The translations under genes and the position numbers were made by a program. Under the pieces are notes generated by a model. It did no database searches. It saw only the letters and a list, made by a program, of their open reading frames with translations, and was not told the DNA's origin. A DNA stretch of 64,000 nucleotides from Thiobacillus denitrificans (GTDB lineage: Bacteria; Pseudomonadota; Gammaproteobacteria; Burkholderiales; Thiobacillaceae): the NCBI GenBank assembly GCA_020723405.1, contig DYIY01000009.1, forward strand, positions 110,427 through 174,426. The letters run 5' to 3'. Position 1 is the first letter of the stretch, and the number at the start of each line of letters is the position of its first letter. Below, piece by piece: positions 12,100 to 24,269 of this stretch.

Positions 12100-13887
12100 T
12101 CAGGCCTGGGCATAGAGCTTGTGGTACAAGCCGCCCCGGTCCATGAGGCTGGCATGGTCGCCCTCCTCCACCACCCGCCCGTTTTCGAAGACCAGGATGC
12201 GATCCGCCTGACGGACAGCAGACAGCCGATGGGCGATGATCAAGGTGGTCCGGCCGATGAGAAAGCCCGCCATGGCATCGTGCAGATGACGCTCGGTGGC
12301 GCTGTCGAGGGCTGAGGTGGCTTCGTCCAGGATCACCACCTTGGGCTTGCTCAAAACCATGCGGGCGATGGCCAGACGCTGGCGCTGGCCACCGGACAGG
12401 CGCACGCCATTCTTGCCCACCATGCTGTCCAGCCCATCGGGCAGATCTGCCACGAATTCCTTGAGCTGGGCAATGTCCAGGGCGTGCCAGAGCGACTCAT
12501 CCTGAAACGGCCTGCCCAGGCCCAGGTTTTCCCGCAGGCTGGCATTGAACAGAACCGGATGCTGCAACACCACACCCACGTTGTCCCGCACCGTGGCCCA
12601 GCCGATGTCTGCCACATCGATGCCACCGTAGCGGATGGACCCGGCGCGCGGCGGATAGAGTCCCAGCAGGGCCTGAACCAGTGTGGATTTGCCGCCCCCG
12701 GAGGCGCCCACCAGGGCCACTTTCTCGCCTGGGGCAACGCGCATGTGCACGTCATCCAGGATGGCGTCCCCCTCGCCGTAGGCGAAATCCACTCCGTCCA
12801 GCTCCAGGCCGACGGTTTCCCGCCCGGCGAAGGGGTCCTGCCCGCCGCTTCCGTCCCGGGCCGGCTCCAGGGCCAGCAATCCGTTGACCCGCCCCAGGGC
12901 GGCATTGGCCGCATACCAGGCGTACTGGATATTGATGATCTCCTGGACAGGACCCATCATGAACCACAGATAGCCGAACACGGCCAGCATCTCGCCGATG
13001 CTCAGGTCGGAGAACACCACCATGAGCATGGCCCCGGCCCGGAAGGCATCGAAGCCGGTGAGGAAGACGAAGAAGGACAGGCGGTTCATGGCATCCGATT
13101 GCCAGGCATAGGCGGCCGCATGGCGGCGTATCTCCCCAGCCTTGTCGGCCACCCGGGCCAGGTAATGGCGTTCCCGGTTCATGGCGCGGATCTGGTTGAG
13201 GGCGTCCAGGGTTTCCGTCAGCGCCTCCTGGAAGGCCTCAAAGGCGGCGTTCTCCCGCTTCTTCAGTTCCTTCACCTTCTTGCCCAGCCGGGTGGAGAAC
13301 AGGATCACCAGGGGATTGAGCAGGAGGATGAACAGCGCCAGTTGCCAATTCATCCACATCAGCACACCCGCCACCCCCAACAGGGACAGGACCGCCACCA
13401 GCAAGCCGGAGATGGACGCTCCCAGAAAGCCGTCCACAGCGTTCAGGTCCGTCACGAAGTGGGAGGCGACCCGGCCAGAGCCCAGGGTCTCGTACTGGGA
13501 CAGAGCGATGCCGGCCAGGCGATCCAACATGCGGGCGCGGATGCGGTACACCACCTCCTTGGAAACCAGGGAAAAGGTGCGTGCCTGCCAGACATTGAGG
13601 AGGATGGAGGCCAGGCGCAAACCCACGGATAGGAGAAAGGCCAGCATCACGAACAGCACCGGCCCATGCCAGCCGGGCGGAAACAGGGGGGAGAAGAAGG
13701 CAATGAAGGCCCCCGGCTTGTGCAGCAGCACCTCATCCACCAGCACCGGAAGGAAGAGGGGGACAGGCACCGAGCAGGCCACGGCCAGCAAAGCGATGAG
13801 GTTGCCCTTCACCAGGCGGGTACGGTGCCGTCTCACCTCCGCCAGTACGGCGGGCCAGTCCAGAAGGTCGCGGTGGGGCTCGGCCAT
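12100..13887 (-). CDS. ABC transporter, fused permease/ATP-binding protein (MsbA-like exporter)
   Basis: 595 aa with an N-terminal 6-TM domain. Walker A GASGGGKST, signature LSGGQRQRLAIAR and Walker B VVILDEATSALD are present. Confidence 0.9.
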   Translation of the reverse strand: MAEPHRDLLDWPAVLAEVRRHRTRLVKGNLIALLAVACSVPVPLFLPVLVDEVLLHKPGAFIAFFSPLFPPGWHGPVLFVMLAFLLSVGLRLASILLNVWQARTFSLVSKEVVYRIRARMLDRLAGIALSQYETLGSGRVASHFVTDLNAVDGFLGASISGLLVAVLSLLGVAGVLMWMNWQLALFILLLNPLVILFSTRLGKKVKELKKRENAAFEAFQEALTETLDALNQIRAMNRERHYLARVADKAGEIRRHAAAYAWQSDAMNRLSFFVFLTGFDAFRAGAMLMVVFSDLSIGEMLAVFGYLWFMMGPVQEIINIQYAWYAANAALGRVNGLLALEPARDGSGGQDPFAGRETVGLELDGVDFAYGEGDAILDDVHMRVAPGEKVALVGASGGGKSTLVQALLGLYPPRAGSIRYGGIDVADIGWATVRDNVGVVLQHPVLFNASLRENLGLGRPFQDESLWHALDIAQLKEFVADLPDGLDSMVGKNGVRLSGGQRQRLAIARMVLSKPKVVILDEATSALDSATERHLHDAMAGFLIGRTTLIIAHRLSAVRQADRILVFENGRVVEEGDHASLMDRGGLYHKLYAQA

Positions 13888-14009
13888 TGTTGTTATTTCA
13901 TCAGGTGTGTCGGCCCGAGATTAGACGGCGAATCCACTCCACCGCAACCACGCTGCCCAATTCGGATATATGTCATTGATTATATAGATATATGAACCAG
14001 TCAAAGACT

Positions 14010-14025
14010 TGGCATGCCTTTTGCG
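14010..14025 (+). promoter_or_regulatory. Candidate sigma54 -24/-12 promoter (TGGCAT-N5-TTGCG)
   Basis: GG and GC elements separated by 10 nt, about 35 nt upstream of the ATG at 14061. Preceded by an unusually AT-rich stretch with GATATATG direct repeats (13950-13990). Confidence 0.4.
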
Positions 14026-14060
14026 GGTATGGGGTACACCCTGACTTTCTGGAGTTCGCC

Positions 14061-14402
14061 ATGAATGTGACCGCCATCGGTTACCGCGCGCTCCGCCCCT
14101 GCGAGGCGGAGCCCGAGTCCGCCATCGAACGCCGCTTTCCGCGCATTGCCCGGGAACTCATGGCACGTTGGCATGGACGGGACATCGACACCTATCTGGA
14201 CAGCCTGCTCATCGACGAACGGGGCGACCGCATGGGCTTTCCCGCCGACGTGCTGGAAGAACTCATGTTCCTGGCCGGTGTGCGCTGGCACATGACCCGG
14301 TATGTGGAAACCGACACCATGGAAAGCCCGAAGGACGAATTCAGCTTCGAAACCGACGCTCTTCGCCGCTGCGGCACCACGGGCTCCTGGGTCCTGATCT
14401 GA
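14061..14402 (+). CDS. Hypothetical protein (113 aa)
   Basis: ORF with GGAG RBS 6 nt upstream (MNVTAIGYRALRPCEAEPESAIERRF...). No recognisable family. Convergent with mnmE. Confidence 0.4.
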   Translation: MNVTAIGYRALRPCEAEPESAIERRFPRIARELMARWHGRDIDTYLDSLLIDERGDRMGFPADVLEELMFLAGVRWHMTRYVETDTMESPKDEFSFETDALRRCGTTGSWVLI

Positions 14403-14557
14403 ATCGGAGTAGCCGGCCGTGACCGCCGCCCATCGCCTTCCCGCCGAAGCTGCCGTCAGGCTGCTTCTTCCCTTTGCCGGGGAACGGCGGGGTTCGGTCC
14501 GGCCCGCCCACCGGCGGGTCCGGCCCTGCCGGCGTTCGTGGCCCGGCCTGGCGTCCG

Positions 14558-15895
14558 TCACTTTCCGATACAGAACTGGCTGAAGATCACCCCCAGCAGA
14601 TCATCGGCGGTGAATTCCCCGGTGATTTCCCCCAAGGCATCCTGGGCCAGACGCAGTTCCTCGGCGAAAAATTCCAGTTGCCGGCCCGCCTGACGGGCGG
14701 CCGCCAGGTGGCCAGCGGCCCGCTTGAGGGCATCCAGATGACGGGCTCGGGCGGTGAACTGGCCCTCCCCGGCGCTTTGCCAGCCAGCCAGTTCCAGCAG
14801 GCGCCGACGGAGTAGATCCAGTCCCAGTCCGCTGCGGGCCGACAACCACACTTCCTGACCTTCCCCTGCCAGCCGGGGCGATTCGCCCGTCAGGTCGATC
14901 TTGTTGTGCACCGTGAGCACCGGGATGTCCGGCAGGCGACCGAGGATGTCCGCCTCGCTTTCCCCCACCCCATGCTGGGCATCGGTCAGCAGCACCGCCA
15001 CATCGGCCTTCTCCAGGGCCGCCCAGGTACGCTGGATCCCTAGCTGTTCCACCGGGTTGTCGGTCTCCCGCAGGCCGGCCGTATCCAGGATGTGCAGAGG
15101 CACCCCCTCGATCTGGATGGCCTCCTTCAAGGTATCCCGCGTAGTGCCGGCGATGTCCGTGACAATGGCCGCCTCGTAGCCCGCCAACTGGTTGAGCAGG
15201 CTGGATTTGCCCACGTTGGGCTGGCCGATGAGCACCACGGTCAGGCCTTCCCGCAGCAGGGCGCCCTGGCGGGCCTGGGTCTGGATGGCGGCCAGATTCC
15301 CGTCCAGGACCGCCAATTGGCCCCAGGCATCGGCCGCCTCCAGAAAATCAATGTCCTCCTCGGGAAAATCCAGGGTGGCTTCCACCAGCATGCGCAAGTG
15401 GATGAGGCCGTCGCGCAGGGCCCTGATGCGGCTTGAGAAGGCCCCCTCCAGGGAGCGCAAGGCACCCCGGGCAGCTTCCCGGCTGCCCGCATCGATCAGG
15501 TCGGCGATGGCTTCGGCCTGGGCCAGGTCCAGCTTGCCGTTGAGGAAGGCCCGGCGGCTGAACTCCCCCGGCTGGGCCAAGCGGGCGCCCAATTCCTGGC
15601 AGCGTTCCAGCAGGCCTTGCAATACCAGGGGTCCACCGTGGCCTTGCAGTTCCAACACATGCTGGCCAGTGAAGGAATGGGGGGCGGGAAACCACAGGGC
15701 AATGCCCTCGTCCAGGGCCTGGCCCGCAGCGTCGTGGAAGGCTGTGTAGGTAGCCCGGCGGGGAAGCAGTTCCCTGCCGATCAAGCCTTGGATGAAAGAT
15801 GCCGGATCAGGACAGGAGATGCGCACCACGCCGATGCCGCCCCGACCCGGAGCGGTGGCAATGGCGGCAATGGCCTCGTCAAGCAGGGACGCCAT
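14558..15895 (-). CDS. mnmE: tRNA modification GTPase MnmE (TrmE)
   Basis: 445 aa. Contains the G-domain ([23 protein letters not shown]) and ends with C-terminal CIGK. Confidence 0.96.
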   Translation of the reverse strand: MASLLDEAIAAIATAPGRGGIGVVRISCPDPASFIQGLIGRELLPRRATYTAFHDAAGQALDEGIALWFPAPHSFTGQHVLELQGHGGPLVLQGLLERCQELGARLAQPGEFSRRAFLNGKLDLAQAEAIADLIDAGSREAARGALRSLEGAFSSRIRALRDGLIHLRMLVEATLDFPEEDIDFLEAADAWGQLAVLDGNLAAIQTQARQGALLREGLTVVLIGQPNVGKSSLLNQLAGYEAAIVTDIAGTTRDTLKEAIQIEGVPLHILDTAGLRETDNPVEQLGIQRTWAALEKADVAVLLTDAQHGVGESEADILGRLPDIPVLTVHNKIDLTGESPRLAGEGQEVWLSARSGLGLDLLRRRLLELAGWQSAGEGQFTARARHLDALKRAAGHLAAARQAGRQLEFFAEELRLAQDALGEITGEFTADDLLGVIFSQFCIGK

Positions 15896-15915
15896 GCCGC
15901 CCTAGGCCGCGTAAG

Positions 15916-17592
15916 TCAGTGCTTGCTATCGTTGGCAGCGGCGCCACCAGCCTCGATGACCTTGTTGATGCGCCACTGCTGGGCGATGGACAGCACGTTG
16001 TTGACCAGCCAGTAGAGCACCAGACCGGCGGGGAAGAAGAGGAACATGACCGAAAAGATGACGGGCATGGCCATCATGATTTTCTGTTGTACCGGATCGG
16101 GAGAAGCGGGAGACAGCTTCACCTGGATGAAGGACGTGATGGCCATGACGATGGGCAGCACGTAGAACGGGTCCGGCTCGGACAGGTCGGTGATCCACAA
16201 GGCGAAGGGGGCCTGACGCAGTTCCACGGCGCCCAGCAGCACCCAGTAGAGGGCGATGAACACGGGAATCTGGACCAGGATGGGCAGGCAACCGCCCAGG
16301 GGATTGATCTTCTCCTCCGAGTAGATCTTCATCATGGCCTCATGCATCTTCTGCCGGTCATCGCCGTAGCGCTCCTTCAGACTTTGCAGGCGCGGCGCCA
16401 GCTTGCGCATCTTGGCCATGGATTTGTAACTGGCGGCCGACAGGGGATAGAAGGCGCCCTTGATCAGCACGGTGAGCAGGATGATGGCCGTACCCCAGTT
16501 GTGCACCAGGTTGTTCAGCCAGTTGAGCACCACGAACAGGGGATAAGCCAGCACGGTGAGCCAGCCGTAGTCCACCACCAGGTCCAGGCCGGTTGCCAGT
16601 TCCTTGATCTTCTCCAATTCCTGGGGGCCGGCGTAGAGGCGCATGGACACGGTCTTTTCTTCACCGGGAGCCAGTTTCACGGCGGGCTGGATCACCCCGG
16701 CGGTGAATTCGTCGTTGCCCAGGGAACGGGTATAGAACTCCCGGGCCGAGGCATCGGCCGGATCCTTGCCCAGCCAGGCAGCGAAGAAGTGATGCTGGAT
16801 GAGGCCGACCCAACCATCCTTGGCTTCCTTGGCATGTTCCGTCTTGCCCTTGGCGATGTCGTCAAAGGGGACTTTCTGGAACTTGCCCGCATCGGTATAG
16901 ACCACCGGGCCGGTGAAGGTCTGGATGAAGGCCGATTCACCCTCCGGGGGTTGGCCGTGGCGTTGCAGCTGGTAATAGGGGAACCCCTCCAGGGCCGTGC
17001 TTCCGGCGTTCTTCACCCGGGTGTCCAGATCCACCACGTAACCGCCCCGGTGGAAGGTATAGGTGCGCACTACCTCGGCGCCGTTGACGACTGCCCGCAG
17101 GCTCACCTTGAGCTGATCCTCCCCATCCTTCAGCCGGTATTCCCCGGGCACCAGTTCGAACACGGTCTTGTGGGTGGGGAGGGCACCGCCGATGAAACCC
17201 ATCTGGGCGAAATAATTGCGTCCGGCCCGCTCCTCGAACAAGCGCAAGGGGCTGCCCGCAGCATCATTCTGTTTGTAGTTAGTAAGCACCAACTCGCGCA
17301 GATCGCCCCCATTGGCGTCGATCTCGGCGATCAGCACATCGGTGACGATACGGGCCCGGGCGCCCTTCACAATGGCGCCGTCGGTGCTCACCTTGGCTTG
17401 GCCGTTCAGACTCTGGCCAGGCTGGGGGAGGGCGGCGGGCTGGCCGGCGACTCCGGGGGTGGCGGGTGCGGCTGCCTGACTGGGAGCCGCTTCCACTGCC
17501 GCTTTGGGATTGGAATAGTCCTGCCAGGATTCCCACAACAAGAGCAGCGAGAAGGAGAAGACGATGAACGCGATGATGCGTTGGGTATCCAT
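15916..17592 (-). CDS. yidC: Membrane protein insertase YidC
   Basis: 558 aa with an N-terminal TM, a large periplasmic domain and a C-terminal 5-TM Oxa1 core. Position next to rnpA. Confidence 0.96.
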   Translation of the reverse strand: MDTQRIIAFIVFSFSLLLLWESWQDYSNPKAAVEAAPSQAAAPATPGVAGQPAALPQPGQSLNGQAKVSTDGAIVKGARARIVTDVLIAEIDANGGDLRELVLTNYKQNDAAGSPLRLFEERAGRNYFAQMGFIGGALPTHKTVFELVPGEYRLKDGEDQLKVSLRAVVNGAEVVRTYTFHRGGYVVDLDTRVKNAGSTALEGFPYYQLQRHGQPPEGESAFIQTFTGPVVYTDAGKFQKVPFDDIAKGKTEHAKEAKDGWVGLIQHHFFAAWLGKDPADASAREFYTRSLGNDEFTAGVIQPAVKLAPGEEKTVSMRLYAGPQELEKIKELATGLDLVVDYGWLTVLAYPLFVVLNWLNNLVHNWGTAIILLTVLIKGAFYPLSAASYKSMAKMRKLAPRLQSLKERYGDDRQKMHEAMMKIYSEEKINPLGGCLPILVQIPVFIALYWVLLGAVELRQAPFALWITDLSEPDPFYVLPIVMAITSFIQVKLSPASPDPVQQKIMMAMPVIFSVMFLFFPAGLVLYWLVNNVLSIAQQWRINKVIEAGGAAANDSKH

Positions 17593-17634
17593 GGTGTTGG
17601 GCTGTCGTTGTAGCCGCCTCTGGGAAGAAGCTGG

Positions 17635-18027
17635 CTATTGGATGGGATTGGAACCCGGGTTGTCCACCGCAGTGCGTTTCATGACGCAATCCAGGGCCCG
17701 GGGAAGGCCGTTATCGGCCATTTTGAGCAGGTTCACTTCGGCCAGCCGGCCCTTCAGACGGAAGACCACGTCCAGTCCGGCCAGTTCCTTCTGACGCAGG
17801 CGGAATACTTCCCGCAGCAGACGCTTGATTCGATTGCGACCCACGGCCGTGGCCACCACTTTCTTGGGAATGATCAGACCCAGGCGGGCATGGTCCAGCC
17901 CGTTTGGCGCGGCCAGTACATCCAGCCCCCCTCCGCCCCCCAGGCAACGCAAACGAAAAACGGATGAGAACTCATCCGTTTTGCGCATCTTCATGTCACG
18001 CCCGAAGGCGAAGGGGTGGTCGCCCAA
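17635..18027 (-). CDS. rnpA: RNase P protein component
   Basis: Contains LGLIIPKKVVATAVGRNRIKRLLREVFRL (RNR motif). The true start may be the internal Met at 17994. Confidence 0.9.
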   Translation of the reverse strand: MGDHPFAFGRDMKMRKTDEFSSVFRLRCLGGGGGLDVLAAPNGLDHARLGLIIPKKVVATAVGRNRIKRLLREVFRLRQKELAGLDVVFRLKGRLAEVNLLKMADNGLPRALDCVMKRTAVDNPGSNPIQ

Positions 18028-18044
18028 ACCGGGTGGCGGCGTGC

Positions 18045-18179
18045 TCAGACGGCCAAGCGCTTGCGGCCTTTGGCGCGGCGGGCGTTGATGACGGCGCGGC
18101 CGCCTTTGGTCTTCATGCGCGCGCGGAAGCCGTGGGTGCGCTTGCGGCGGACGACGGAAGGTTGGAAGGTGCGTTTCAT
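18045..18179 (-). CDS. rpmH: 50S ribosomal protein L34
   Basis: Manual translation gives [44 protein letters not shown] (44 aa). It is not in the ORF track because it is short. Confidence 0.97.
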   Translation of the reverse strand: MKRTFQPSVVRRKRTHGFRARMKTKGGRAVINARRAKGRKRLAV

Positions 18180-18332
18180 GGCAAATCCTCGGACAAAAAG
18201 TCGGCTGCGAAAAAGCGCCGTATTAGACTGCTAGCCCTCTGATTTGTCAAACTTTTCCAGCTCTTGGCCGAGGCTTCGCCGAGGGGTGCTAGAATGCGCG
18301 CTTCCCCCCACCGGCCTCGAATCCCGCTGCTC

Positions 18333-19748
18333 ATGGACGATTTCTGGAGCCATTGTCTCGCCCATTTCGAGCGTTCCTTGAACGCCCAGCAGCTCAACAC
18401 CTGGATCAAGCCCCTGGTCGTGGTGGTGACGAATGGCAGCGTGGTGGTCAACGCACCCAACCGCTTCGTGGCCAGTTGGGTACGCGACAAGTTCCTGCCC
18501 CAGATCGACCTCCTGGCACGCAATTATTTTCCCGAAGCCCCCGAAGTGGTGTTGTCCATCGCCGACCAACGCCAGGAGGGCCGGTCCGATCCCCAATCCA
18601 CCAGCGTCTCCGTCCCACCGGCCCCCCGCACCGATACGAAACCCAGGGCAGAAGCCCCACCGGCCAAGCCCGCTCCGGACAAGGTCAACCGGGGAAATGG
18701 CAAAGCGGAAAAACCGGTCAGCGTGGACGAAAGCCGGCTCAACGCCCTGTTCTCCTTCGATTCCTTCGTGCCCGGCAAGGCCAACGACCTGGCCCGGGCC
18801 GCCGCATTGCAGGTGGCCGACAACCCGGGGGCCGGCTACAACCCCCTGTTCGTCTATGGCGGCGTGGGTCTGGGCAAGACCCACCTGGTGCAAGCCATCG
18901 GCAACCGCATGGTGCTGCACAACCCCAAGGCCCGGGTACGCTACATCCATGCCGACCGTTACGTGTCCGACATGGTGCGGGCGGTTCGGGCCAAGACCTT
19001 CGACGACTTCAAGCGCCGCTACGATTCCCTTGATCTGCTGCTCATCGACGACATCCAGTTCTTCGCCGGCAAGGAAGGCACACAGGAGCAGTTCTTCTAC
19101 ACCTTCAACACCCTCATTGAAGAACACAAGCAGGTCATCATCACCAGCGACACCTTCCCCAAGGACATGGAAGGCATCGAGGAACGCCTGAAATCCCGTT
19201 TCAGCTGGGGCCTCACCGTCATGCTGGAACCGCCGGAGCTGGAAATGCGGGTGGCCATCCTGCTGGACAAGGCCCGCCTGGAAAAGGCCGAACTGGGCGA
19301 AGACACCGCCTTCTTCATCGCCAAGCAGGTGCGCTCCAACGTACGGGAGCTGGAAGGCGCCCTGAAGCGGGTCATTGCCTTTGCCCGCTTCAACAAGCGG
19401 CCCATCAGCGTGGAGTTGGCCAAGGAGGCACTGAAGGACCTCCTGGCCGTGCAGAACCGGCAGGTTTCCATCGAGAACATCCAGAAGACCGTGGCCGACT
19501 ACTACAAGATCAAGGTGGCCGACATGTATTCGAAAAAGCGCACCCGGGCACTGGCCCGGCCCCGGCAGATGGCCATGTGCCTGGCCCGGGAACTGACCGA
19601 CCTTTCCTATCCGGAAATCGGCCAGTCCTTCGGCGGGCGGGACCACACCACCGTGCTCTATGCCGTGGAGAAGATCGATGAATTGAAAAGCGCAGATGCC
19701 ACCCTGCGCAAGGATTACAGCCTGCTCATCCAGGTTCTGACAGGTTGA
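18333..19748 (+). CDS. dnaA: Chromosomal replication initiator DnaA
   Basis: The DnaA N-terminus is MDDFWSHCLAHFERSLNAQQLNTWIKPL. The AAA+ domain (GGVGLGKTHL) and C-terminal DnaA-box-binding helix are present. The ORF track starts at 18264; alternative in-frame Met at 18294. Confidence 0.93.
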   Translation: MDDFWSHCLAHFERSLNAQQLNTWIKPLVVVVTNGSVVVNAPNRFVASWVRDKFLPQIDLLARNYFPEAPEVVLSIADQRQEGRSDPQSTSVSVPPAPRTDTKPRAEAPPAKPAPDKVNRGNGKAEKPVSVDESRLNALFSFDSFVPGKANDLARAAALQVADNPGAGYNPLFVYGGVGLGKTHLVQAIGNRMVLHNPKARVRYIHADRYVSDMVRAVRAKTFDDFKRRYDSLDLLLIDDIQFFAGKEGTQEQFFYTFNTLIEEHKQVIITSDTFPKDMEGIEERLKSRFSWGLTVMLEPPELEMRVAILLDKARLEKAELGEDTAFFIAKQVRSNVRELEGALKRVIAFARFNKRPISVELAKEALKDLLAVQNRQVSIENIQKTVADYYKIKVADMYSKKRTRALARPRQMAMCLARELTDLSYPEIGQSFGGRDHTTVLYAVEKIDELKSADATLRKDYSLLIQVLTG

Positions 19749-19958
19749 GCGGGTGGATAAACCTGTGCGCAACCCCGGGACACGTTGTGGACAAAGAGCC
19801 GTTATTTTCGTGGCCGAAACTTATCCCCAATCCCTACCGCTCTTGCCCACAGACTTGCCAACGGATTTTTCCACAGCTTAACTGGATGATTTTGATAAAC
19901 TTTCACCGTTTATCCGGAACCCACCCCCTGACTCATCACCATCATCAGGAATAAATAA
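19749..19958. promoter_or_regulatory. oriC: DnaA-box cluster / candidate oriC with AT-rich unwinding element (dnaA-dnaN spacer)
   Basis: Five boxes within 1-2 mismatches of TTATCCACA: GTGGATAAA (19753-61), TGTGGACAA (19786-94), TTATCCCCA (19821-29), TTTTCCACA (19867-75) and TTTATCCGG (19908-16). There is also an AT-rich GGATGATTTTGATAAACTTTCACCGTTTATCC stretch. Confidence 0.5.
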
Positions 19959-21065
19959 ATGCTTGTACTGAAATCCTCCAAGGACGCCTTGCTCAAGCCC
20001 CTGCAAGCAGTGGCCGGTGTGGTCGAACGCAAGCACACCCTGCCCATCCTTTCCAACGTGCTGGTGGAAGTAGTGGGTGGCCGGGCCGCTTTCGTCTCCA
20101 CGGATCTGGAAATCCAGATCACCACCTGGGCCGAGGAACAAGGCACGGCGGATGCCTCCCTCACGGTATCTGCCCGCAAGTTCCTGGACATCTGCCGCTC
20201 CCTGCCTGACCTGGAACCCATTTCCCTGGACCTTTCCGGTGAGCAGCTCAAGGTCCAGTCCGGGCGCAGCCGCTTCAGCCTGCAAACCCTGCCGGCCCGG
20301 GATTTCCCCAAGCTGCAGATTCCCGAGGGCCAGGGCCTGTCCTTCAGCCTGCCCCAGGGCAAGGTCAGGCAACTGCTCTCCCGGGTTCAGTACGCCATGG
20401 CCGTGCAAGACATCCGCTACTACCTGAACGGCATGCTCTTCTCGGTGCAGGGCAAGCGCCTCACCGTGGCCGCCACCGACGGCCATCGCCTGGCCGTGGA
20501 CGGCACCGACCTGGAAGAAGATCCTGGCCAATCGGTGGACGTGATCCTGCCACGCAAGACCGTGCTGGAACTTGGCAAGCTCCTGGGCGATAGCGACGAT
20601 CCGGTGCACATCCAGGTGAACCAGAACCAGGTGGTGTTCCGCCGCCCCGACTTCGAACTGCGCAGTAAAGTGGTGGACGGCAAGTTCCCCGACTGGCAAC
20701 GGGTCATTCCCGTGGGCCACGACAAGGTGTTCACCATCCAGCGCCAGCGCCTGTCCCAGTCCCTCACCCGGGCCGCCATCCTCACCAACGACAAATACCG
20801 GGGCGTGCGCATCGCCCTCACCAGCGGCAGCCTGCGCATTGCGTGCAGCAACAACGAGCAGGAAGAAGCCCAGGAGGAACTGGACATCGACTACAGCGGC
20901 GAACCCCTGGACATCGGTTTCAACGTCCAGTACCTGCAGGACGTACTCGGCAATCTGAGCACCGAAGCCGTCAATTGCAGCTTCGGCGACCCCACCAGTT
21001 CCCTGCTCATCACCGTGGCCGGTGAAGAGAACTTCCGCTACGTCGTCATGCCGATGCGCATCTGA
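19959..21065 (+). CDS. dnaN: DNA polymerase III beta sliding clamp
   Basis: 368 aa, MLVLKSSKDALLKPLQAVAGVVERKHTLPILSNVLVE, typical DnaN. Confidence 0.96.
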   Translation: MLVLKSSKDALLKPLQAVAGVVERKHTLPILSNVLVEVVGGRAAFVSTDLEIQITTWAEEQGTADASLTVSARKFLDICRSLPDLEPISLDLSGEQLKVQSGRSRFSLQTLPARDFPKLQIPEGQGLSFSLPQGKVRQLLSRVQYAMAVQDIRYYLNGMLFSVQGKRLTVAATDGHRLAVDGTDLEEDPGQSVDVILPRKTVLELGKLLGDSDDPVHIQVNQNQVVFRRPDFELRSKVVDGKFPDWQRVIPVGHDKVFTIQRQRLSQSLTRAAILTNDKYRGVRIALTSGSLRIACSNNEQEEAQEELDIDYSGEPLDIGFNVQYLQDVLGNLSTEAVNCSFGDPTSSLLITVAGEENFRYVVMPMRI

Positions 21066-21147
21066 CGGCAGTCGAGAGTCGAGCATGGGGAGCCGCACAA
21101 CAACGCGGCCTGCCCTCTCCACTCTTGACTCACTACTCTCGACTTAA

Positions 21148-23640
<2,493 letters not shown>

Positions 23641-23710
23641 TGCTGTTGTCGGGTGACACACAAAGCGAAATTCTTGCCAAGATAGTGAAATATTGGTGAC
23701 GAAGAAAATG

Positions 23711-23736
23711 AAAAAACTCCCTGGGGAGCTTTTTCA
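23711..23736 (+). terminator. Rho-independent terminator after gyrB
   Basis: GAAAAAACTCCC-TGG-GGGAGCTTTTTC hairpin followed by a T-run, with an A-run on the other side (bidirectional potential). Confidence 0.6.
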
Positions 23737-23907
23737 TTGTGCGTGTACGTTTGCATGTTGGCTTTGAGCAGGGATGCAGAGGGCCTTAGTGGGTCTGTTC
23801 CGGCCCTGATCCCAAATGGCCTTCCTGATCCGCCTGGTTGACGGGATACACCCGGATTCCACCGTGTGGTGGACCACCGGTGTCATGCCTGGGCCGGACG
23901 TCGCGGC

Positions 23908-24267
23908 ATGATCTACGGTCTGCTGGCCGATGCCGTATTGCTCCTGCATCTGGCCTTCATCCTGTTCGTTGTGGTGGGGGGCTTGTTCCTGCTGCGCTGG
24001 CCGGGGTTGCCCTGGCTGCATCTTCCTGCCGTGGTGTGGGGGGTGGCCATCGAGTTGGGCGGTTTCATCTGCCCCCTTACGCCGCTGGAGAATCAACTGC
24101 GCCAGTTGGGTGGCGAATCGGGCTACGGGGGCGGGTTCGTCGAGCACTATCTCCTGGCGGTCATCTATCCGGAGGGCCTGACCCGGGAGGTGCAGGTGGC
24201 CCTGGGTCTCGGGGTGGCGGCGCTCAACCTGGTCGCGTACGTCCGCTGGTGGCGCAGGGGGGGTTGA
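23908..24267 (+). CDS. DUF2784-like small membrane protein
   Basis: Three predicted TM segments (MIYGLLADAVLLLHLAFILFVVVGGLFLL...). Stop is 2 nt before the next ATG. Confidence 0.55.
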   Translation: MIYGLLADAVLLLHLAFILFVVVGGLFLLRWPGLPWLHLPAVVWGVAIELGGFICPLTPLENQLRQLGGESGYGGGFVEHYLLAVIYPEGLTREVQVALGLGVAALNLVAYVRWWRRGG

Positions 24268-24269
24268 CG

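Noticed and set aside
17593-17634. Expected yidD between rnpA and yidC
   Set aside because: The gap is only 42 nt and no frame in 17550-18030 shows YidD motifs (RxYQ...CRF.PSCS...CHP). yidD is apparently absent here or located elsewhere.
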